Source: Burkholderiales bacterium
GTDB taxonomy: Bacteria > Pseudomonadota > Gammaproteobacteria > Burkholderiales > SG8-39
Length of the DNA: 53,607 bases
Direction: 5' to 3'
Assembly: GCA_050741015.1 (NCBI GenBank)
Contig: JBOIFE010000024.1
Span: 1 to 53,607 of the forward strand
Within the stretch, counting starts at the first letter, position 1; every line of letters starts with the position of its first letter. A program made the translations under genes and the position numbers. Of this stretch, positions 39,948 through 50,005 are shown piece after piece. The notes under the pieces were generated by a model. The model was not told the DNA's origin and made no database searches. It saw nothing but the letters and a program-made list of their open reading frames with translations.

Positions 39948-40690
39948 GGCCGCCGGGGTCGCCAAGCGCTTCGGCGGCGTGCAGGCGCTGACCGACGTTT
40001 CGTTCTCGATCCGGCGTGGCGAGATCTACGGCCTGATCGGACCCAACGGCGCAGGCAAGACGACGCTGTTCAACGTCCTGACGGGCATCTATCCGGCCGA
40101 CGACGGGTGCTTCATGTTCGACGGCGTGCCGCTCGCGGGCCTCGGGCCGCACCAGGTCGCCGCGCGCGGCATCGCGCGCACGTTCCAGAACATCCGCCTG
40201 TTCGCCAATCTGTCCGTGCTCGAGAACGTCATGATCGGTCGGCACGTGCGCACGCGCGCGGGCGTGCTGGGCGCGGTGCTGCGCGACGCCGGCACGCGGG
40301 CGGAGGAGGCGGCGATCGAGCGCCGCGCGGCGGAGCTGCTGGACTACGTCGGTATCCGCGAGCGCGCCAACGACCGTGCCGGCAGCCTGCCCTACGGCGA
40401 CCAGCGGCGCCTGGAGATCGCGCGCGCACTGGCGACCGACCCGAAGCTGCTCGCGCTCGACGAGCCGGCCGCCGGCATGAATCCCTCCGAGCGGCAGTCG
40501 CTCGGGCGCCTGATCGAGCAGGTGCGCGCCTCGGGCGTGACGATCCTGCTCATCGAGCACGACGTGCGGCTCGTGATGAACCTCTGCGACCGCGTGCTGG
40601 TGCTCGACTACGGCGAGCGCATCGCCGAAGGGCTGCCCGCCGACGTGCAGAAAGATCCAAAGGTAATCGAGGCCTACCTTGGCGCTCCGC

Positions 40691-40701
<11 letters not shown>
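39928..40701 (+). CDS. livG: branched-chain amino acid ABC transporter ATP-binding protein
   Basis: GTG start. Walker A GPNGAGKTT, signature LPYGDQRRLEIARAL, Walker B LLALDEPAAG. Confidence 0.93.
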
Positions 40702-41376
<675 letters not shown>

Positions 41377-41404
<28 letters not shown>

Positions 41405-42417
41405 GGCAGGTCGGCCTGCGTGGTGAAGCTGTCGGCGTAGAACTCGTCTTCCGGCAGCCGGCACTGCGCAACGAAGTCGCGCCGCGCCGCGTCCACCATG
41501 ACGGGCACGCCGCACGCGTACACCTGATGGCCGGAGAGATCGGGGAAGTCCTCCATGACCGCGCGGTGCACGAAACCCGTGCGGCCGCGCCAGTCGTCCT
41601 CGGGCAGCGCATCCGAAACCACCGGCACATAGCGCAGCTGGTGCGCGTCGGTCCAGCCTTGCGCGAGCGCGTTCATATAGAGGTCCTTCGGACGTCGCCC
41701 GCCCCAGTACAGCGTCATGGGCCGGGCCACGCCCTTGTGCAGTGCCTCCTCGATGATCGCCCGGATCGGCGCGAATCCGGTGCCCGAGGCGACGAGGACG
41801 ACGGGCTTGTCCGAGTCCTCGCGCAGGAAGAACGTGCCGAGCGGCCCCTCGAAGCGCAGGATGTCGCGCTCCTTCATCTTGCCGAAGACATGGTCCGTGA
41901 ACTGGCCGCCCGACACGTGGCGTACGTGCAGCTCGAGCAGTTCGGCGGCGTGCGGCGCCGTGGCCATGGAGAAGCTTCGCCGCGAGCCGTCCTTCAGCAC
42001 GAATTCCAGGTACTGGCCCGCGAGGTAGACCAGCTTCTCGTTCGCCGGGAGCTTGAGCTGGATCGTCATGACGTCGTCGGCGAGCCGCTCGAGTTTCTGC
42101 ACGCGGCAGGGCAGCGTCCTGATCTCGATGCCGCGCGTCGCGCTGATCGTGCGCGCCTCGATGACGAGGTCGGACAGGGGCTTGGCCTGGCAGAACAGCG
42201 CCTTGCCGCGCGCCTTGTCCTCCTCGGAGAGCGCCTTGACCTGGTAAACGCCGTAGTCGACGTCGCCGGAAACGATCGTGCCCTTGCAACTGCCACACGC
42301 GCCGTTCTTGCATCCGTAGGGCAGGATGAGGCCCTGGCGCAAGGCCGCCACGAGCACCGCCTCGCCGTCCTCGACGTCGAAGCGCTGTCCACTGGGCTGG
42401 ATCGTGACGCTGTGCAT
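41377..42417 (-). CDS. 2Fe-2S ferredoxin / FAD / NAD(P)-binding oxidoreductase (FNR-family; AscD or Fre-fusion like)
   Basis: ATG 42417 (MHSVTIQPSG). Plant-type cluster CKNGACGSCKG...C, FAD motif RSFS, NAD motif GTGFAP. Confidence 0.88.
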
Positions 42418-42426
42418 GCCGCTAGA

Positions 42427-43266
42427 ATGCCATTCGTGAAGACGCTGTTGATCGCGGGCTTCGGCGACATCGCGCGCAGGGCCGCTCCGCGGCTGGAGGC
42501 GCGCTACGTCCTGAAGCCGCTCCGGCGAAGCGACGGAGTCGACCTCGACCGGCCCGAAACCCTCGCCGCGCTCCCCGACGCCGACGCGGTGCTGCATTGT
42601 GTGCCGCCGCCGCCGCGCGGTACTTCGGATCCGCGCACCGCAAACCTGCTCGCCGCGCTTTCGAAGGGGCGGATTCTACCGGCGCGCGTCGTCTACGTCA
42701 GCACGAGCGGCGTGTACGGGGACTGCGGGGGCGCGCGCGTTGACGAGTCGCGTGCGGTGCGACCGGGCACCGACCGAGCGCGCCGCCGCGTGGACGCCGA
42801 GCGCCGCCTTGCACTATGGTGCAGCGAGCGAGGCGTGTCCCTGGTGATCCTGCGCGCACCCGGAATCTATGCGGCCGACCGGCTGCCGCTGGAGCGCTTG
42901 CGTGCGGGCACGCCCGCGCTGCGCGAGGAGGACGACGTCTTCACCAACCATATCCACGCCGAGGATCTCGCCGCCATCGCGGTGCGGGCCCTTCGCGATG
43001 CCACACCGGCTGGCACCTACAACGCCTGCGACGACAGCGAGATCCGCATGGGCGATTGGCTGGACCTGGTGGCCGCGCGCGCGGGCCTGCCGCGCCCGCC
43101 GCGCATCGCGCGCAGCGACGCGCCGGGCCGAATCGCGCCGGAGATGCTGTCGTTCATGAGCGAATCCCGGCGGCTTGCCAATCGGCGCATGAAGGAGGCC
43201 TTGGGCGTACGTTTGCGCTACCGCACGGTTTTCGAAGGCGTGCCGCAAGCGGAATCCCGGTCGTGA
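42427..43266 (+). CDS. NAD-dependent epimerase/dehydratase-like SDR family protein
   Basis: ATG 42427. Rossmann-like N-terminus LLIAGFGDIA, with VYVSTSGVYGD and HIHAEDLA regions. Confidence 0.7.
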   Translation: MPFVKTLLIAGFGDIARRAAPRLEARYVLKPLRRSDGVDLDRPETLAALPDADAVLHCVPPPPRGTSDPRTANLLAALSKGRILPARVVYVSTSGVYGDCGGARVDESRAVRPGTDRARRRVDAERRLALWCSERGVSLVILRAPGIYAADRLPLERLRAGTPALREEDDVFTNHIHAEDLAAIAVRALRDATPAGTYNACDDSEIRMGDWLDLVAARAGLPRPPRIARSDAPGRIAPEMLSFMSESRRLANRRMKEALGVRLRYRTVFEGVPQAESRS

Positions 43267-43582
43267 CCGCGCTTGTCGTCGTCACCAATCTGCCGGACCG
43301 CGGCGCCGCCGAGAAACTGGCCGACGCTCTGATCGAGGGCCACTTCGCGGCCTGCGTCAATATTCTCGCGCCCTGCCGCTCGGTCTACCGGTGGCAAGGG
43401 GCCCTGCAGCACGACGAAGAGCACCCGATGCTGATCAAGACGACGCTCGAGCGCTATCGGGCGCTCGAAGCCGAGATCCGCCGGCATCATCCCTACGAGT
43501 TGCCCGAGATCATCGCGCTGCCGGTGACCGCGGGGCTTGCCGCGTACCTCGACTGGGTCGGCGCGGAAACCTCGGTTGCGCC

Positions 43583-43586
<4 letters not shown>
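43263..43586 (+). CDS. cutA: divalent-cation tolerance protein CutA
   Basis: GTGA overlap with the upstream stop. CutA1 motifs ACVNI, YRWQG and HPYELPEI. Confidence 0.9.
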
Positions 43587-45048
<1,462 letters not shown>

Positions 45049-45100
45049 TTACTCGCAGACGGTGTGAATCGTCTCCCGCTTCTCCTCCCTGAGCGGGTTG

Positions 45101-45118
45101 CCTTAATCCTAATTAAGG
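45101..45118. repeat. AT-rich inverted repeat CCTTAAT-CCTA-ATTAAGG
   Basis: Read directly in the engB-hemB spacer: 7-bp arms with a 4-nt centre. Confidence 0.5.
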
Positions 45119-45124
45119 CGTTTT

Positions 45125-45163
45125 GCCCCCGGTTCATATCCCCTTTGCCGGGGGTCTTTTATT
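45125..45163 (+). terminator. plus-strand oriented intrinsic-terminator-like hairpin
   Basis: Stem CCCCCGG (45126-45132) / CCGGGGG (45148-45154) with a 15-nt loop, followed by TCTTTTATT on the plus strand only. Both flanking genes are on the minus strand. Confidence 0.4.
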
Positions 45164-45776
45164 CCGCGCGCGCTGCCCGAAGCCAGCTTTCCAGCAGCGC
45201 GCGCGCATCCTCGACGCCTTCGCCGCTCGTACTGGAGAACAGCAGGATCCGCGCCTCGGGGTCGTGTGACGCGAGCTTCGTCTGTGATTCGCGCAGCTGC
45301 GCAGCGCGGTCCTGCCGCGACAGCTTGTCCGCCTTGGACAACAGCACGAGCAACCGCCGTTCCGCGGGCCGCAGCCACTCGAGCAGCAGCTCGTCCAGCG
45401 GCATGAACGGGCGGCGCGCATCCATCAGCACCACCACCCCCGCCAGCACGCGCCGGTCAGCGAGGTAGCCGCCCACGAGCTGGTCCCATTCCGCGCGCTG
45501 GGCGCGCGGCGCGCGCGCATAGCCATACCCCGGCAGGTCGACCAGCCGGCCGCGTCCGCCCAGCTCGAAGAAATTGATCGTCTGGGTCCGCCCCGGGGTG
45601 CGGGAGAAGAACGCGAGCCGGCGCCGGCGCGCGAGCGCGTTGAGGGCACTGGACTTGCCCACATTCGACCGGCCCGCGAAGGCGAGCTCGGGCAGCGACT
45701 CGGGCGGCAGCTGCTCGAGTCGGCCGACCGAAGTGAGGAATTGCAGCGAGGCGAACGCGCTTTCGGATTCCGGCAT
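45159..45776 (-). CDS. engB: ribosome biogenesis GTP-binding protein YihA/YsxC
   Basis: G1 GRSNVGKSS, G3 DLPGYGYA, G4 SKADK. Confidence 0.94.
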   Translation of the reverse strand: MPESESAFASLQFLTSVGRLEQLPPESLPELAFAGRSNVGKSSALNALARRRRLAFFSRTPGRTQTINFFELGGRGRLVDLPGYGYARAPRAQRAEWDQLVGGYLADRRVLAGVVVLMDARRPFMPLDELLLEWLRPAERRLLVLLSKADKLSRQDRAAQLRESQTKLASHDPEARILLFSSTSGEGVEDARALLESWLRAARAE

Positions 45777-45829
45777 GGGCGAAATTCTAATAAAATGAGG
45801 CGTTTCGACGGTACCCCGGGGGCAGCAGT

Positions 45830-46480
45830 ATGAATCGTGTATGGGCGGTGCTCGCCGCCGCGAGTGCGTTTTCGGCCGCGCAGGCGCTGGCGCAGGGCGA
45901 TGCGAAGCCCGATCTCGCCAAGGGTGGGCAGATCGCCAAGCAGGTCTGCAGCGCCTGCCATGCCGCCGACGGCAACAGCGTCGCGCCCGCCAATCCGAAG
46001 CTCGCCGGCCAGTTTGCCGACTATCTTCGCAAGCAGCTCGGTGATTTCAAGGCACAAGGCAGCAAGAAGGCAGCTCGCGACAACGCGATCATGGCCGGGA
46101 TGGTGGCCAGCCTTTCGACCGCGGACGAGGGCGCGGTTGCGGCGTATTTCGCGTCGCAGAAGCTGCGCCCGGCGGCTGCCAGCGAAAAGGACGTCGCAGC
46201 CGCTGGCCGGACGCTCTGGCGCGGCGGGGTCGCCGCGCGCGGCGTGCCTGCCTGCGCCGGGTGCCACGGGCCGGCGGGCGTCGGCATCCCGGGCGTCTAT
46301 CCGCGGCTCTCGGGGCAATTCCCCGAGTACATCGAGGCGCAATTGAAGCTGTTCCGCTCCGGCGGGCGAGCCAACGACCCCAACGGCATGATGCGGGGGG
46401 TAGCCGCAAGCATGACCGACGATGAAATCAAGGCGGTGTCGCAGTACGCGGCGGGCTTGCGCCAGGGTCCGGCGAAATAA
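45830..46480 (+). CDS. cytochrome c4 (dihaem)
   Basis: Signal peptide and two class I domains with CSACH and CAGCH. Divergent from engB, as is commonly seen. Confidence 0.92.
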   Translation: MNRVWAVLAAASAFSAAQALAQGDAKPDLAKGGQIAKQVCSACHAADGNSVAPANPKLAGQFADYLRKQLGDFKAQGSKKAARDNAIMAGMVASLSTADEGAVAAYFASQKLRPAAASEKDVAAAGRTLWRGGVAARGVPACAGCHGPAGVGIPGVYPRLSGQFPEYIEAQLKLFRSGGRANDPNGMMRGVAASMTDDEIKAVSQYAAGLRQGPAK

Positions 46481-46484
46481 ACGG

Positions 46485-46507
46485 CCGGGGCGGGCTGTTT
46501 GCCCCGG
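46485..46507 (+). terminator. weak hairpin after the cytochrome c4 gene
   Basis: Stem CCGGGGC / GCCCCGG with a 9-nt loop and a poor U-tract (GTTGG). Confidence 0.3.
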
Positions 46508-46532
46508 GTTGGTCCAACTTCAGGAGATCCCG

Positions 46533-46991
46533 ATGAGCAAGAGGCAGCTGGTGGTCGCCGCAGCGGCGGTGGTGGGTTTGGCGCTGGCGCAGGGCGCACT
46601 TGCGCAGGCCAAGCCCGAGGTCCTCGTCAAGCAGCGGCAAGCGGTGATGATCCTCCAGGGCAAGTATTTCGGGCCGATGTATGGCATGGTTCAGGGCAAG
46701 GTTCCGTTCAACGCGGACGTGGTCAAGCGCAACGCCGGATTCATCGACAACTTGAGCCGCATGCCTTGGGACGGCTTCGATCCCAGCACGCGCGGCGCGG
46801 AGCACACCAAGGCGCTGCCGGCGGTGTTCGATGACTCGGCAAAATTCAAGGAACGGGCGAGCCACCTCGAGAACATGGCGTCCAAGCTCGTGCAGGTCAG
46901 CGCGGGCGGCGACGAGGCCGCGATGAAGGCGCAGATCGGCGAACTCGGCAAGGCTTGCGGCGGCTGCCACAACGATTTCCGGCAGAAATAG
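46533..46991 (+). CDS. class II cytochrome c (cytochrome c' / c556 type)
   Basis: ATG 46533 with a signal peptide. Four-helix-bundle-like sequence with a single C-terminal haem site CGGCH. Confidence 0.88.
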   Translation: MSKRQLVVAAAAVVGLALAQGALAQAKPEVLVKQRQAVMILQGKYFGPMYGMVQGKVPFNADVVKRNAGFIDNLSRMPWDGFDPSTRGAEHTKALPAVFDDSAKFKERASHLENMASKLVQVSAGGDEAAMKAQIGELGKACGGCHNDFRQK

Positions 46992-47012
46992 ACTGCGCGC
47001 CTGGGCGACCCG

Positions 47013-47042
47013 AAGCCCCGCCTGGGCGGGGCTTTTTGTTTT
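47013..47042 (+). terminator. intrinsic terminator-like hairpin after the cytochrome c' gene
   Basis: 10-bp arms AAGCCCCGCC / GGCGGGGCTT, followed by TTTGTTTT. The U-tract contains the first canonical start codon of the next ORF. Confidence 0.65.
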
Positions 47043-47874
47043 GGTGCTCGCCCTTTTCGCCCACCTGTCCTCGGCCCTCGCCCTGGGTGATGCAAGGCGC
47101 GGCGCCTATCTCGCCAAGGCGGCCGGGTGCGTCGGTTGCCACACCGAAGACCACAAGGGCGCCGTGCCGTTTGCTGGCGGTCGTGCGCTGAAAACGCCCT
47201 TCGGCACCTTCTACGGTCCGAACATCACGCCGCACCCGGATGCCGGCATCGGGCGCTGGGACAGCGACGATTTCGCCCGCGCGCTCCGCCTCGGGGTTGG
47301 GCACGGCGACGCGCACTTATTTCCGGCATTTCCCTATCCGTCGTTCACGCGCATCACGGATTCGGATGCGCGCGACCTCTGGGCCTACGTGAGCTCGCTC
47401 GCGCCCGATCCAAAGCCGAGCCGCAAGCACGATCTCGTGTTTCCTTCGACCTGGCGATTTCTGGCGGCGGCCTGGCAGTGGCTTTTCTTCGAGCCCGGGG
47501 CTTTCGTTCCCGACCCGGCGCGGAGCGCTGCTGAAAACCGAGGCCGCTACCTGGTGGACGCGCTGGGACATTGCGGCGAATGCCACACGCCGCGAAACAT
47601 CTTCGGCGCGGTCGATCGCGATCGCTACCTTGCGGGCGCCAAGCTCGCGGAGGGCCCGCGCGTGCCCAACTTGACGCCAACGCGGCTCAAGAAGTGGAGC
47701 GACGCCGAGCTGAATGACTTTCTCTCGAGCGGCATGACGCCCGATGGGGACGTCGTCGGCGACACCATGGGCGAGGTGATCCGAAATACGACCAGCCAGT
47801 GGACGCCCGAGGATCTGGCGGCGGTGGTCGCGTACCTGCGCACGATTTCGCCGCAGCCGGAAGCGCCGCGATGA
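47041..47874 (+). CDS. dihaem c-type cytochrome (dehydrogenase cytochrome-subunit-like)
   Basis: Two haem sites, CVGCH and CGECH. The start is uncertain: TTG 47041 or GTG 47044 are the only canonical options in the open frame, and the frame is open back to 46927. Confidence 0.8.
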   Translation: MVLALFAHLSSALALGDARRGAYLAKAAGCVGCHTEDHKGAVPFAGGRALKTPFGTFYGPNITPHPDAGIGRWDSDDFARALRLGVGHGDAHLFPAFPYPSFTRITDSDARDLWAYVSSLAPDPKPSRKHDLVFPSTWRFLAAAWQWLFFEPGAFVPDPARSAAENRGRYLVDALGHCGECHTPRNIFGAVDRDRYLAGAKLAEGPRVPNLTPTRLKKWSDAELNDFLSSGMTPDGDVVGDTMGEVIRNTTSQWTPEDLAAVVAYLRTISPQPEAPR

Positions 47875-47923
47875 CGCCACGTTTGTTGACGGAATAGCGC
47901 GCCGCAGCGCACTGTTCAACCCG

Positions 47924-48421
47924 ATGAGCGATGCGCAAAGCCTGATCGCCCTGATTCCGCGCCTGCGCCGGTATGCGCGCGCGCTGGTCGGGGACCGGGC
48001 GTCGGCCGATGACCTGGTTCAGGACACGCTGGAGCGCGCGTGGTCGAAGCTGCATCTATTCCAGCGCGGGACTGACCTGCGCGCGTGGCTGTTCACGGTG
48101 ATGCACAACGTCCACGTCAACCAGGTGCGTTCGGCGCGCCCGACCGACGAGCTGGACGAAGAGATGCCGGAGCTCGCGCAGCGTGCGGCGCAGGGCGATG
48201 CGCTGCTGATACGCGATCTTGAGCGCGGCATCGCGGCGCTGCCGGTGGCGCAGCGCCAGGTGCTGTTGCTCGTGGCGCTGGAGGACCTGAGCTACGAGCA
48301 GACGGCGAGCGTGCTCGAGATCCCGATCGGTACGGTGATGTCGCGCCTCGCGCGCGCGAGGGAAAAGCTGCGGACCTCGATGTACGGAAAGGGCGAAACG
48401 AAGCTGCAAGTGGTGAAATGA
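47924..48421 (+). CDS. ECF-type RNA polymerase sigma factor
   Basis: Region 2 DDLVQDTLERAW and region 4 SYEQTASVLEIPIGTVMSRLARAR. Confidence 0.92.
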   Translation: MSDAQSLIALIPRLRRYARALVGDRASADDLVQDTLERAWSKLHLFQRGTDLRAWLFTVMHNVHVNQVRSARPTDELDEEMPELAQRAAQGDALLIRDLERGIAALPVAQRQVLLLVALEDLSYEQTASVLEIPIGTVMSRLARAREKLRTSMYGKGETKLQVVK

Positions 48422-49203
48422 GCGAAAAATCCTCCAGCGTCGGCGAAGCGGAGCTGCAGGCCTGGGTCGACGGGCGCCTCGATGACGCGCGCCGCGCGCA
48501 TGTCGACGCCTGGCTCGACGTGCGCCCTGAGGAGGCCGATCGGCTGGCGGCGTACCGGGCGGCGCGCGAGCAGCTACGCGCCCAGTTCGACCCGATCCTC
48601 GACGAGGATGTGCCTGCCGCTCTGCTGCAGCGCGCGGCCCACGGTCCGCGCCGCTGGCGCGCCGCGGCGGCGATCGCGGGCTGGATTGCGCTCGGCGCCG
48701 TCGCGGGCGGCGCGGCCGGCTGGGAGCTGCGCGCCGAGCGTGCATCCGCGCCCGTGACGCAGTCCGACATGCCGATCCTCGCGCATCGCGCGGCGCTCGC
48801 GCACGCGACCTATGCCCCGGAAATCCGCCATCCGGTGGAAGTCGGCGCCGACCAGGAGAAGCACCTGATCGCGTGGCTGTCCAAGCGCCTGGGCGGCGAG
48901 CTCAAGGCGCCACAGCTCGATGCCGAGGGCTTTGCACTGGTCGGCGGGCGGCTCTTGCCCCGCGATCCGGGTCCGGTGGCCCAGTTCATGTACCAGAACG
49001 CGCAAGGACGGCGCCTGACGCTCTATGTGCGCACGGAGGCGCCGGATCAGCGCGAGACCGCCTTTCGCTACGCGCGCGATAGCAACGTGCGCGTGTTCTA
49101 CTGGATCGACCGCAAGTTCGGCTACGCGCTGTCGTCGTCCGACGTCGAGCGCGATCAACTGCTCACGATCGCCAACGTAGTCTACCGGCAGCTCAATCCG
49201 TAG
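48418..49203 (+). CDS. anti-sigma factor (single-pass membrane protein)
   Basis: ATGA overlap with the sigma gene. N-terminal anti-sigma helix region (LQAWVDGRL), a TM segment (AAAAIAGWIALGAVAGGAAGW), and a periplasmic C-domain. Confidence 0.8.
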   Translation: MSEKSSSVGEAELQAWVDGRLDDARRAHVDAWLDVRPEEADRLAAYRAAREQLRAQFDPILDEDVPAALLQRAAHGPRRWRAAAAIAGWIALGAVAGGAAGWELRAERASAPVTQSDMPILAHRAALAHATYAPEIRHPVEVGADQEKHLIAWLSKRLGGELKAPQLDAEGFALVGGRLLPRDPGPVAQFMYQNAQGRRLTLYVRTEAPDQRETAFRYARDSNVRVFYWIDRKFGYALSSSDVERDQLLTIANVVYRQLNP

Positions 49204-50005
49204 CGGCGCCGGCCGGCCGGATCAGGTAGCCGCCGGACTTTTCGTCGAGCTCGAGCGCGAGCAGCTTGCGCTCGCGCAGCTCCTCCAGCAGGTCGGAAAA
49301 GGCCTTGAAGCCGTAGTAGGACTCGTTGAATCCGGGCTTGCGGCGCTTGAGTGCCTGCTTGACCATCGAACCCCAGATGCGCTCGCCCTCTCCGCGCTCG
49401 GCGACCAGCGCCTGCACGGTCTCGAGGACGAGGTCGAAGGCCTCCTGCTTCTTGTCGTCGCCGGCGGCCGCCTCCTTGGGCACGCCGGCCGGGCGCGACT
49501 CCCGGCGCTTGCGCGCGGCGCGGCGCTTGGCCTCGTCCTCGCGCACGAGGTCGTCGTAGTAGATGAACTCGTCGCAGTTGGAGATCAGCAGGTCCGACGA
49601 CGAGTTCTTCACGCCAACGCCGATCACGGTCTTCGCGTTCTCGCGCAGCTTGGAGACGAGGGGCGAGAAGTCCGAGTCGCCGCTGACGATGACGAAGGTG
49701 TCGACGTGCTCCTTGGTGTAGCACAGGTCGAGCGCGTCCACGACCATGCGGATGTCGGCCGAGTTCTTGCCGGACTGGTTGCGGTGCGGAATCTCGATCA
49801 GCTCGAACGCCGCCGCGTGCATCGCCGACTTGAACTCCTTGTAGCGATCCCAGTCGCAATAGGCTTTCTTGACCACGATCGAGCCTTTGAGCAACAGCTT
49901 CTCCAGCGCGCGGCTGATGTCGAATTTCTCGTACTTCGCGTCGCGCACTCCGAGCGCGACGTTCTCGAAGTCGCAGAACACGGCGAGATTGCGGGTTTCG
50001 TTCAT
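49193..50005 (-). CDS. NYN (LabA-like PIN) domain protein with C-terminal OST-HTH/LOTUS-like domain
   Basis: ATG 50005. NYN acidic motifs AVFCDFENV and VIVSGDSDFSPL. C-terminal WGSMVKQALKRRKPGFNESYYGFKAFSDLLEEL. Confidence 0.8.
   Translation of the reverse strand: MNETRNLAVFCDFENVALGVRDAKYEKFDISRALEKLLLKGSIVVKKAYCDWDRYKEFKSAMHAAAFELIEIPHRNQSGKNSADIRMVVDALDLCYTKEHVDTFVIVSGDSDFSPLVSKLRENAKTVIGVGVKNSSSDLLISNCDEFIYYDDLVREDEAKRRAARKRRESRPAGVPKEAAAGDDKKQEAFDLVLETVQALVAERGEGERIWGSMVKQALKRRKPGFNESYYGFKAFSDLLEELRERKLLALELDEKSGGYLIRPAGAATD

Noticed and set aside
45125-45155. The segment CCGGTTCATATCCCC looked superficially like a tRNA T-arm (GGTTCGAATCC).
   Set aside because: No acceptor, D or anticodon arms can be drawn around it, and the stem/loop sizes (7 bp / 15 nt) do not fit a T-arm. 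I treated it as a hairpin only.
47885-47923. Possible ECF-type autoregulatory promoter (GGAAT...N...TGTTC) upstream of the sigma factor gene.
   Set aside because: The match to any ECF -35/-10 consensus is poor and the spacing is ambiguous. I could not support it without group-specific promoter models.
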